DNA from: Clostridiales bacterium GWF2_38_85
Lineage (GTDB): Bacteria > Bacillota > Clostridia > Oscillospirales > CAG-382
Length of the DNA: 64,000 nucleotides
Direction of reading: 5' to 3'
Assembly (NCBI GenBank): GCA_001797275.1
Contig: MGOY01000036.1
Coordinates: 36,361 to 100,360 of the forward strand
Within the stretch, counting starts at the first letter, position 1, and each line of letters starts with the position of its first letter. Below the pieces are notes generated by a model. The model was not told the origin of the DNA. It was given only the letters and a program-made list of their open reading frames with translations, and made no database searches. Below are positions 9,617 through 17,659 of the stretch, one piece after another. Made by a program: the position numbers and the translations under genes.

Positions 9617-9805
9617 TTAAATATCAGTTCTTCCTTTCGCTCTTTCGCTAAGTACAATATTCCATGCTATCTGAGTTACACGATCCCAAATTCTATCAAT
9701 CTCTTCTTTGGTTTTATCACGATAATAGGCATCCGAAACCATGATATGTGTTGGACCGATATAGTAATCTGCAACAATGTTGCCTTCTATTTTTGTGTCT
9801 TGCAT
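9617..9805 (-). CDS. hypothetical small protein (62 aa), co-oriented upstream of the replisome organizer
   Basis: An AAGGGGGT RBS lies upstream of the ATG at 9805. It sits in an operon position with 8672-9556. Confidence 0.55.
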   Translation of the reverse strand: MQDTKIEGNIVADYYIGPTHIMVSDAYYRDKTKEEIDRIWDRVTQIAWNIVLSERAKGRTDI

Positions 9806-10129
9806 ATAAACTACCCCCTTGTTACAAAGATATGAATTGCATGATTTATGTGTTCACAAATTTATTAATCAAGCTATCTTATTTTTCTAAAATATCACCG
9901 TTCCTTTTCAACACAACACAATATCACAACCTTGTTTTGTTATCCAGCTATATTTAATAAAAACCAAAACTTTATCTTTTCAGACATATATTCTGAGCTT
10001 AAATATTTGTCCCCTCACTTATATACTTTTTTGTGATGTTTTAGGAGGGTGTTTTTGATGCTTTTCAAAAAATAATAAGAGCTTATTTTTTATTGTTTTA
10101 TACCTAACGGAAATATTCACTATATTTGA

Positions 10130-10158
10130 TTGACTCAATATCATATATTTGGTATAAT
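10130..10158 (+). promoter_or_regulatory. sigma-A-like promoter (TTGACT-17-TATAAT)
   Basis: TTGACT at 10130-10135, a 17-nt spacer, and TATAAT at 10153-10158. Confidence 0.5.
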
Positions 10159-10285
10159 ACCAATATCGAAAAAATCAAATTACATTTTGATTATATTAAA
10201 CACAATTATTTAATTTATATAAATACAATATTTTAGCTTAATTTTTAGGTTAAATGAGAAAGGTGGATTTGTTATAAAAAAATCT

Positions 10286-11164
10286 TTGTATGTGATAATA
10301 TTTGCGATTATGGTATTTCTCCTTTTGCCGATAACTGTAAGTGCAGATACAGGACCGAAACCCTCAGTAAATATCACCTTTGAAAATATGGGTGATGAGT
10401 TGTGTTATTGTACACTTCTATCAAATACAGATTACTTTGGCCCATACTCTGTTTGGAACGGTGATGAAAGCAACATTACAAACTATAATTATTATAATTT
10501 GGATAAAGAAGTATGGCGAGCATTTGTTGAATACGAAGATACAGACGGATATGTTTTTTTACAAATAGGTCAGCAAGTAAACGAAACAAAAAAATTTGTT
10601 TGGGGATATTCTCCTCCGATGAGTTTTAAAATCTTATTGTACTATCCTGAAACAGAAACATTTCTTGTCAGCGGAATTTATGAGAGATATGCATTTGATA
10701 CATACTACACAGTTGATATGGATGGTGTAAAAACTGACAATGTAAATAATAATCAAATTCTACAAGCATATAAATCATATAATTATGTTAAAGAAACCAC
10801 TGCTCTTATTGCTCGTATTATAATTACGATATTGATTGAAATGGGTGTTGCTCTTCTGTTTTATTTCAGAGAGAAAAAGCAGTTAATATTTATTGCAGCT
10901 GTTAACATAGTTACACAGATCATCCTTAACGTTTTATTGAATGATATTAATTATAATTCCGGTCTATTGTTATTTACTATCAGTTATATCTTTTTTGAAA
11001 TTATAATTTTTGCACTCGAAGCAATTTTGTATTGTATCGTTATGAACAGAATCAATAAGCAACCTAAGAAATTTCGTATCTATGTTGCTTATTCATTAGT
11101 TGCTAATGCAGTATCTTTTATAACTGGATTAATCATTGCTTATATCGTACCCGGAATGTTCTAA
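10286..11164 (+). CDS. hypothetical membrane protein (secreted N-terminal domain plus ~4 C-terminal TM helices)
   Basis: Signal peptide (..LLLPITVSADTGP), a ~160-aa extracytoplasmic domain, then hydrophobic helices. It uses a TTG start after a GAAAGGTGG RBS. Confidence 0.6.
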   Translation: MYVIIFAIMVFLLLPITVSADTGPKPSVNITFENMGDELCYCTLLSNTDYFGPYSVWNGDESNITNYNYYNLDKEVWRAFVEYEDTDGYVFLQIGQQVNETKKFVWGYSPPMSFKILLYYPETETFLVSGIYERYAFDTYYTVDMDGVKTDNVNNNQILQAYKSYNYVKETTALIARIIITILIEMGVALLFYFREKKQLIFIAAVNIVTQIILNVLLNDINYNSGLLLFTISYIFFEIIIFALEAILYCIVMNRINKQPKKFRIYVAYSLVANAVSFITGLIIAYIVPGMF

Positions 11165-11665
11165 AACACTTTTTTATTCAATTTAACAACTATAACTTCT
11201 CGCTTAAAAAATACCTCCCAAATATAATGTTTCCGATCCGTCACCTATCAACTGAAATATGTTTCCGGTGTATTTTAACTTATTTTCAATATATAATTTT
11301 TATGCGACTGCACATCGAATGCATGAAAAAGCCTTGTGAATGCGTTGTTTTTGAGACAAAAATATTCTAAAAAGCTTTGATACAGCCCGCTGTTGCGGGC
11401 TGATGTTATAGGGTGGACAGCCAAACCGGCCCCACCCTTATTCCTGCTTGTAAAAAAATATGGACTGTTTCAAGCTCAAAACGCAGTTTATTTTAGATTT
11501 CGAATTTGAACAAACGGCGTAATTTTGCTCAAATTCGATTTATGCGGCTTTTTTCCTCCCTCAATAAATCAATAATAAACTGTGTTAGCAATTTGCTTGA
11601 AATTTTATTGTATAGCTTAAACATAGATGTTATAATAATAACAATATTTCAAGGAGTTCAATAGC

Positions 11666-11758
11666 GTGAAAAATATATGGATATGCAATAACCTAACCGT
11701 GTATCCCCATAAATTTTTCATGATAAATTTGTGCTGTTGCACAGAATGGGGATTATAA
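11666..11758 (+). CDS. candidate 30-codon Cys-rich upstream ORF (MKNIWICNNLTVYPHKFFMINLCCCTEWGL)
   Basis: An AAGGAG RBS lies 9 nt before the GTG at 11666. The TAA stop overlaps the ATG of the 640-aa gene (TAATG at 11756-11760). Confidence 0.3.
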   Translation: MKNIWICNNLTVYPHKFFMINLCCCTEWGL

Positions 11759-13653
11759 TGAAAAAAGTAATTATAATTACAGAAAACAAGAGTGATTTGA
11801 GTTCACTCTTACAAAATACACTCAAAGATTCATGCGATATTTTTAATATTGATGAAGCAACCGATGGTTGTTTTAATGCATATGATTCTATTATTCTTCT
11901 TGGCGGAACAAGAAGCGAAGCACTAATTTTACCAGCGAAATTGAGAAATAAAATTGAAGATCAAATCGATAAAGGTAAGAAGGTTTTTGTTGAGTATTGT
12001 CTTAGCATTTGTGATTCGTATGCAGCACAAAGCGGTGTCAGCCGTTTTTCAAGGTTATCTTATTTAGGTGATAGCTTCGAAAATCTTGAAACAAATGATA
12101 TACTTGATGATCAGTGCTGCGATTATATATCAAGCTATTTTAAATACAATGATTCATCATTTGTGCTGGTTTACAAGGATCATATTATGGCACATTATAA
12201 TGCTGAGCTTGCAGAGAATGATAAAAACAACATCTCAAAATGGGCTTTATGGTTCCTAAAAAAGAATGTGCTTGTTTGCAACTTCAGGTTATGCAACTTT
12301 ATAAAAGCACGCTTTGCACCGATAACCAAATGGCAAAGTCTTATCAAAAAAATAATCCTTTGGCTCTGTGATGAGCTTCCGAACTCAATAATATTTGATG
12401 TACCTTATACCTTCAAGCAAGTAAACACCCTTACCGGGAACGACATCTGTTCATGCGTTGAAAAAGCACTCAATTGGTATAAATCAAACGGTATTTTACT
12501 TGATAACGGTAGGTGTGGTGTGCTTGAAGGAATGCAGCATGATATTTTTGCTGATGGTAAACAGAGTATAGCAAAAACGGTCAGAGCAGATTGTTGCGGT
12601 GAGGTTTCGCTTGCTTTCTATTCACATTATCTCATAAGCAATTGCACAGAAAGCCTTGATACCTTCAAGAACCTACAGAATTATATGTATGAAAATCTAC
12701 AAATTAAAGGTGGTATCTTCGATGGCATGGTGCGTTGGAGCGAGGTAGCCTGGACTGTCTGTTATCAGGATGATGTTGCTCGCGCTATCATACCTACACT
12801 TCTTTACACCTTGTACAGCGGTGATCAAACCTACTTGCAATATGCAGAAAAAGCACTCGACTTTTTATTAAAGACAACCTCTGAGAATGGAATTCGTGCA
12901 GCAAGAACGGATAACCTTAGCATTGCTGAATCACAGAATCTTGAGAAATTCAAAAAGCAATCAAACATTATAAAGTGTGCTCATTATAACGCATATTATC
13001 ATGCAGCACTTGCATTGGCATATAAAATAAATGGCAAAGCTGAATACCTTGTTGGTGCTGTTAAAGGTCTCGAAGCGATAATGGATGTTTACCCGGATAC
13101 AATCAGAGAGCAAAGCGAAACAGAAGAAATGTGTAGACTTGTCCTGCCTCTTGCCTGGTTATACTGGGCGACCGGTGATGATAAGCATAAGGGAATGTTG
13201 TATAGAGTATGTTGCGATCTGCAAAAGGTGAAATGCTTCGGGAATGCTTACCTTGAATGGGATACCGATTATAAGGCTCACTGCAGCAGAAAACTCAACA
13301 CCGAATCCTCTTTATTGGTTTCAAACGGAGACCCTGTTGTCGATATGCTGTACTCTGTAAACTGGTTACCGCTCGGATTCTCACAAGCATATTTAATCAC
13401 AAATGATGACTATTTCAAGGAATTATGGCTTGAGATTGCTAAGTTTTTTGTGTCGACTCAGATTAACAGCGATAACAAAACAATAGACGGATGCTGGGCA
13501 AGAGCATATGATCCCAGCATAAAAGAGATTTATGGAATCCCACATGATGTAGGCTGGGGACCTTGGGCAATTGAAACAGGTTGGACAGTCGGTGAAATTA
13601 CAGCCGGACTTGGGCTCGGTATTGCAAGCGAAAAAATAAAACCTTTTATATAG
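11758..13653 (+). CDS. hypothetical 631-aa protein: flavodoxin/GATase1-like N-terminal domain plus alpha/alpha-toroid-like C-terminal domain
   Basis: N-terminus MKKVIIITENK..YDSIILLGGT..KVFVEY. The C-terminal helical repeats (AHYNAYYHAALALAYK.., LPLAWLYWATGDD, DGCWARAYDP..GWGPWAIETGW) resemble six-hairpin glycosidase or prenyl-cyclase folds. I cannot assign a family with confidence. Confidence 0.6.
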   Translation: MKKVIIITENKSDLSSLLQNTLKDSCDIFNIDEATDGCFNAYDSIILLGGTRSEALILPAKLRNKIEDQIDKGKKVFVEYCLSICDSYAAQSGVSRFSRLSYLGDSFENLETNDILDDQCCDYISSYFKYNDSSFVLVYKDHIMAHYNAELAENDKNNISKWALWFLKKNVLVCNFRLCNFIKARFAPITKWQSLIKKIILWLCDELPNSIIFDVPYTFKQVNTLTGNDICSCVEKALNWYKSNGILLDNGRCGVLEGMQHDIFADGKQSIAKTVRADCCGEVSLAFYSHYLISNCTESLDTFKNLQNYMYENLQIKGGIFDGMVRWSEVAWTVCYQDDVARAIIPTLLYTLYSGDQTYLQYAEKALDFLLKTTSENGIRAARTDNLSIAESQNLEKFKKQSNIIKCAHYNAYYHAALALAYKINGKAEYLVGAVKGLEAIMDVYPDTIREQSETEEMCRLVLPLAWLYWATGDDKHKGMLYRVCCDLQKVKCFGNAYLEWDTDYKAHCSRKLNTESSLLVSNGDPVVDMLYSVNWLPLGFSQAYLITNDDYFKELWLEIAKFFVSTQINSDNKTIDGCWARAYDPSIKEIYGIPHDVGWGPWAIETGWTVGEITAGLGLGIASEKIKPFI

Positions 13654-13660
13654 ATATTTA

Positions 13661-13689
13661 TTGTTATCATTTCAAATAAGTGTTATAAT
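13661..13689 (+). promoter_or_regulatory. extended -10 promoter for the recombinase gene (TTGTTA-17-TGTTATAAT)
   Basis: TTGTTA at 13661-13666, and TATAAT at 13684-13689 preceded by TGT. Confidence 0.45.
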
Positions 13690-13718
13690 AATTCCAAACA
13701 AATACCATGGAGAAGCAT

Positions 13719-15302
13719 ATGCAATATTGTATCTACTTAAGAAAATCAAGAGCTGATATTGATGCAGAGGCTCGTGGTGAAGGTGAAACCTTAGCACGGC
13801 ATGAGAAGTGTCTGATTGAGCTTGCCAAGAAGCTGAACCTGATAATAACAGCGATCTATAGAGAAGTCGTTTCAGGCGAAACAATTTCTGCACGCCCTGT
13901 TATGCAACAGCTCCTGAGTGAAGTAGAACAAGGAGCATGGGCGGGTGTTCTGGTTATGGAGGTTGAGCGTCTTGCGCGTGGTGATACAATTGATCAGGGT
14001 ATTGTTGCTCAAGCATTTAAATATAGCGATACAAAAATTATAACTCCATCAAAGACTTATGATCCGAATAATGAATACGATGAGGAGTATTTTGAATTTG
14101 GCTTGTTCATGAGCCGACGCGAATACAAAACTATTAATCGCCGGCTACAACGCGGACGAATGGCTTCTGTAAAAGAAGGAAAATTCTTAGGTTCGGTTGC
14201 TCCGTATGGTTATGAAAAGGTTAAAATAACAAACAATAAAGGTTACACTTTGAAAATCATGCCTGAACAGGCTGATGTGATTCGCTTTATCTTTGAGTTG
14301 TTTACAAAAGGCGAACAGCGGCCCGACGGCAGCCTAAAAAGATTAGGTGCTTCTCTTATCTGCAGACGATTAAATGATTTAAAAATACCGCCGCAGAAAC
14401 GTGATTACTGGGTTAATTCGTCCATACTTGATATATTGATCAATCCTGTCTATACCGGAAAAATCCGTTGGAACTGGAGACCGGTACAAAAGAAGGTTGT
14501 TAACGGTCAGGTCAAAAAAGTTCGCCCACGAGCTGACGAGAGCGAATGCATACTCATTGATGGTTTACATGATGCTATTATTGATGATAAGACATGGGAA
14601 ACTGCTCAACAGCTAATACAGGAAGTCAAGCAATCGCCAATTCCGAATAAATATAACATCATGAATCCTCTTGCCGGTATTGTAAAATGTGCATTATGCG
14701 GTCGAAATATGATTCGCCGTCCCCACCCTAACAATAAACCGGCAACACTCATGTGCCCTGCAACAGCTTGCTCAAATATAAGCGCGCAGCTCGATGCTAT
14801 TGAGGAAAGTTTGCTTGTTGCTTTGAAAGCATGGGTTACTGAATATAAATTAAAATGGAATGACAAAGAACAGCAACTCGAAAATAACCAGGATAAATTT
14901 TCACATGATGCGATCATTAAATTAGAAAAGGAACTCGAAAACTTAAAAATCCAGGCAACAAAAATCTATGACTTTCTTGAACAAGGTGTATATACGGTTG
15001 ATGTGTTCCAACAACGGATGAAGGAAGTAAACTCAAAAATTGAAGAAACACAAAATAGTATAGCAAAAATAAAAAATGAGCTTTCCCACTTCGAACAGCG
15101 AAGAGAAGCTCAGATAAGTATTATTCCTAAAATCGAAAATCTGCTTAATGTTTATAGAGAAACAGACGATAATAAGTACAAGAATGATCTATTGAAGGAA
15201 GTACTTAGCATGGCGCTTTATAAAAAAACAGTCAATGGTCATTATAAGAATGCAGATCCAAATGACTTCAGCTTAATACTCTACCCCAGATTACCAAAAT
15301 GA
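13719..15302 (+). CDS. large serine recombinase (SprA/SpoIVCA/TP901-class integrase)
   Basis: Resolvase catalytic domain MQYCIYLRKSRAD..VSGE..RP..VLVMEVERLARGD..DQG, a recombinase domain (..GYEK..YTGKIRWNW), a Zn-ribbon (CALCGRNM..CPATAC), and a long C-terminal coiled coil. A GGAGAAG RBS lies before the ATG at 13719. Confidence 0.9.
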   Translation: MQYCIYLRKSRADIDAEARGEGETLARHEKCLIELAKKLNLIITAIYREVVSGETISARPVMQQLLSEVEQGAWAGVLVMEVERLARGDTIDQGIVAQAFKYSDTKIITPSKTYDPNNEYDEEYFEFGLFMSRREYKTINRRLQRGRMASVKEGKFLGSVAPYGYEKVKITNNKGYTLKIMPEQADVIRFIFELFTKGEQRPDGSLKRLGASLICRRLNDLKIPPQKRDYWVNSSILDILINPVYTGKIRWNWRPVQKKVVNGQVKKVRPRADESECILIDGLHDAIIDDKTWETAQQLIQEVKQSPIPNKYNIMNPLAGIVKCALCGRNMIRRPHPNNKPATLMCPATACSNISAQLDAIEESLLVALKAWVTEYKLKWNDKEQQLENNQDKFSHDAIIKLEKELENLKIQATKIYDFLEQGVYTVDVFQQRMKEVNSKIEETQNSIAKIKNELSHFEQRREAQISIIPKIENLLNVYRETDDNKYKNDLLKEVLSMALYKKTVNGHYKNADPNDFSLILYPRLPK

Positions 15303-15314
15303 AAATTATATAAT

Positions 15315-15358
15315 AAATCCTGTTTTAAATGGTTTCGACCATCAAAAACAGGATTTTT
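15315..15358 (+). terminator. terminator hairpin after the recombinase gene; homolog of 7593-7638
   Basis: Stem AATCCTGT / ACAGGATT followed by TTTTT. It lies between convergent genes. Confidence 0.65.
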
Positions 15359-15390
15359 ATTTTGACTTTATTCCGTCTATAATTTAATAA

Positions 15391-16515
15391 TTATTTTGTT
15401 GATGTGAAAATGTATTCTGCCATCCACTGAGCCATTTCATTTAAAAATGGAAATGTGTTTGTGTCCGGTGCAGGAAGTTCTCCATATATTTTTGTATATG
15501 TGTTTTCAAAATATTTTATAGCTTTGCATTTATCAATCCATTGACTCACATCAATAAATTCTTCTTTCCACCATTCTGCTTCGTCTTTTTCAACAGAGGA
15601 TAATAAAAGGTTCATCCATTTTTTTGAGTTACTGCTCTCATGACTCTCAATAACCGATTTTGTGTAAACAGAACACCCACCATCCTTCAACACTCTATAT
15701 GCTTCACGGAATCCTTCCATCATTTTTGCTTGCATACTTTCATATCCATAGTTAGAAAACACTAAATCAATAGACTTGTCCATAATAGGTAATTTTGAAC
15801 CTTCACACGCAAGATAAATTATGTTAACATAAGGATTTTTCCATTCTGTTGAATAAAATATTCTATTTCATTTCAAAATTCTGTGGCTGATATCTACCAT
15901 AATTATAGTTACAGGCCAGTTAATCTTTTTTATCTGATGTTTGATTCCTTGTCCAGTACCGCAAGCCATATCCAATATTATTTTAGGACGATGCTTCACT
16001 ATCTCTTCCCAGATAACATCAGCTTTATTTAATCCTCTTTTATAATTTGGGTTCCCTAACCAGTGATGCTCATGTAAGTATTCATCATAATTACGATAAC
16101 TCAAAGACCATTGTTCACCGGATATTTCTCTTGTTTTGAAATCCACAACTCCATCAATAATATTGAAATAATGCTTGTTATTACATTCATAAGTAAGATT
16201 ATTTATATTATTATTAAGCTTCAGGTCATTATAACATTTTGGACACTTAAGAATCTTATTTAAAAACAGAAATTCTCTTTCTATTCCTGCAACTTCATCG
16301 ATATAATCGTCACCCTCTAAAATGTTATTTATTGAAGTCTTAAACATCCATGACATGTTCAATAAAATATCTATATCGGGCAGTGATAACCCTGTCTCCC
16401 ATTTGCTGACGGCTTGCGGACTAACATTTAATATTTCTGAGAATTCTGCTTGTGAATATCCGGCTTTTTTTCGCAGACAACTTATTATTTTAACAACTTC
16501 AACTTTGTTTATCAT
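15391..16515 (-). pseudogene. HTH(XRE)-Zn-ribbon-class I SAM methyltransferase, interrupted by one in-frame TGA
   Basis: ORFs 15868-16554 and 15391-15783 are in the same frame, separated only by the TGA at 15868-15870. Read-through gives ..ILDMACGTGQG..VDISHRILK*NRIFYSTEWKNPYVNIIYLACEGSKLPIMDKSIDLVFSNYG.., which carries methyltransferase motifs I to post-II contiguously. The N-terminal HTH is GYSQAEFSEILNVSPQAVSKWETG. CPKC..C..H forms a Trm112-like ribbon. Confidence 0.7.
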
Positions 16516-16707
16516 AGTAATTTCCTCTTTTCTTAACAAGAGTATACCATACATTAATTTATGTAAAAATGGCTTGATAGTTTCAATTCAAAGAAAAAGC
16601 TCAACCACTGGTTGTTCGTTACAGTATATTATACTACAAAACTACTGATTATCCAATAGCTTATATTATCAACACTCAGTTAATTTGTAAGCTCCATGAT
16701 TAAAATG

Positions 16708-16926
16708 TTATTGACAACCTATCGGAACGCATTCTTCGGTACCGATATCTGTTAGGACACCGATTACTTCTTTATATGGCATAACATAGCGTTGACTTAA
16801 GTAACGCAATGCTGCTCCCGATTCACCATCTGGCCCGCCATATTGCGTAATTATCAGTTTTGCGAGCGCTGGATTTGGATTTTTTATATTTACCGGATAT
16901 TGTAATTTCTTATCGTATGTCCACAT
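16708..16926 (-). pseudogene. cotJC: 5' fragment of spore coat protein CotJC (Mn-catalase family), truncated after the DIGTEE motif
   Basis: MWTYDKKLQYPVNIKNPNPALAKLIITQYGGPDGESGAALRYLSQRYVMPYKEVIGVLTDIGTEE matches the CotJC N-terminus. The expected (L/F)AH(L/W)E metal-ligand continuation is replaced by CVPIGCQ-stop. The fragment is 72 aa against the ~190 aa expected. Confidence 0.8.
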
Positions 16927-16929
16927 AAA

Positions 16930-17184
16930 TTATGCCTCCGTCTCATTCTGCCACGGCCAGGGCATATTGACCCAAGTCCAGGTATCCCCTGCAGCTTCAC
17001 CCATTGTCAATGCTCCATATCGCATTGTATATTGCTGTTTTAGTGTATCATATGCCTGTTTGTTTTTCCTGAAATACTCCAATGCCCGTTGATTATTGGA
17101 ATGAGAGTCAAGAAACATTCCTGTCTCCAAGAGTGCAAAACTCAGTGCCTGTATTGCTTTTAACATATTTTTTTGTTCATTCAT
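16930..17184 (-). CDS. cotJB: spore coat protein CotJB
   Basis: LKAIQALSFALLETGMFLDSHSNNQRALEYF..Y..L..QY..RYGAL pattern, the right size (84 aa), and a position between cotJA and cotJC. Confidence 0.8.
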   Translation of the reverse strand: MNEQKNMLKAIQALSFALLETGMFLDSHSNNQRALEYFRKNKQAYDTLKQQYTMRYGALTMGEAAGDTWTWVNMPWPWQNETEA

Positions 17185-17411
17185 TTTCTTACCCTTCCTG
17201 CCAGAAATGGTTTATCAAGTTCGGGGAACAATGTTCCCTTCTCTAATGCTTTTTCAAGTTCATACATATCGTCGCTCCACATCTGAAAAGGCACATACGC
17301 CATAGCAAGTGCGATATTTTTCGGCATTATTTCCAGCTCATACGGCGGCATAATCTCAGAAAGTTTTGGAATCCGCAATATTGCGTCTTCACTTTTCTCT
17401 ATTTCGCTCAT
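17181..17411 (-). CDS. cotJA: spore coat-associated protein CotJA
   Basis: LAMAYVPFQMW..YELEKALEKGTLFPELDKPF is the CotJA signature. An AAGGAGA RBS precedes the ATG at 17411, so the track start at 17570 is probably too long. Confidence 0.75.
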   Translation of the reverse strand: MSEIEKSEDAILRIPKLSEIMPPYELEIMPKNIALAMAYVPFQMWSDDMYELEKALEKGTLFPELDKPFLAGRVRK

Positions 17412-17603
17412 ACATTTCTCCTTTTTCAAGGGTGTTATTATTTCACCCTCATTTTTTTGCAAATTCATAGATTTTTTGATATTATATATCAAAATTTTCA
17501 TCAAATCTAATTTGCATTCATTATATTTTATGCTTATAAAATTAAAAAGTGATAAGACTATTAATTTCATTTGAAATTCAATTTATAAATTGATCATATA
17601 TTT

Positions 17604-17654
17604 TACAAAAAACACGCCCATATGCAACATAGGTGCATATGGGCGTGTTTTTTT
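17604..17654 (-). terminator. Rho-independent (bidirectional) terminator after the response-regulator gene
   Basis: 16-bp stem AACACGCCCATATGCA / TGCATATGGGCGTGTT flanked by A-run and T-run. Confidence 0.8.
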
Positions 17655-17659
17655 CATTT

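Larger units (their letters stand above)
7593..16730. mobile_element. integrative-element module carrying the serine recombinase; right end at the cotJC break, left end unresolved (may lie left of position 1)
   Basis: Recombinase, replisome organizer, pseudogenes and AT-rich cargo abut a truncated core sporulation gene. The candidate inner boundary is the 45-nt direct-repeat hairpin at 7593. The missing cotJC 3' half is not in the window. Confidence 0.4.

Noticed and set aside
11758-13653. Calling the 631-aa protein a LanC/LanM-type lanthipeptide cyclase because of the Cys-rich upstream peptide.
   Set aside because: I could not find the LanC zinc-ligand motifs (WC-x-G, C-H-G) or the repeated GxxG pattern. 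Only a generic alpha/alpha-repeat character is visible.
15868-15870. TGA recoding (genetic code 4/25 or selenocysteine) as the explanation for the in-frame TGA in the methyltransferase gene.
   Set aside because: TGA ends well-conserved genes at their expected lengths in this window (galE at 1809-1811, hisB at 40137-40139 with an ATGA overlap onto hisH). I saw no SECIS-like hairpin downstream. A nonsense mutation or a sequencing error is simpler.
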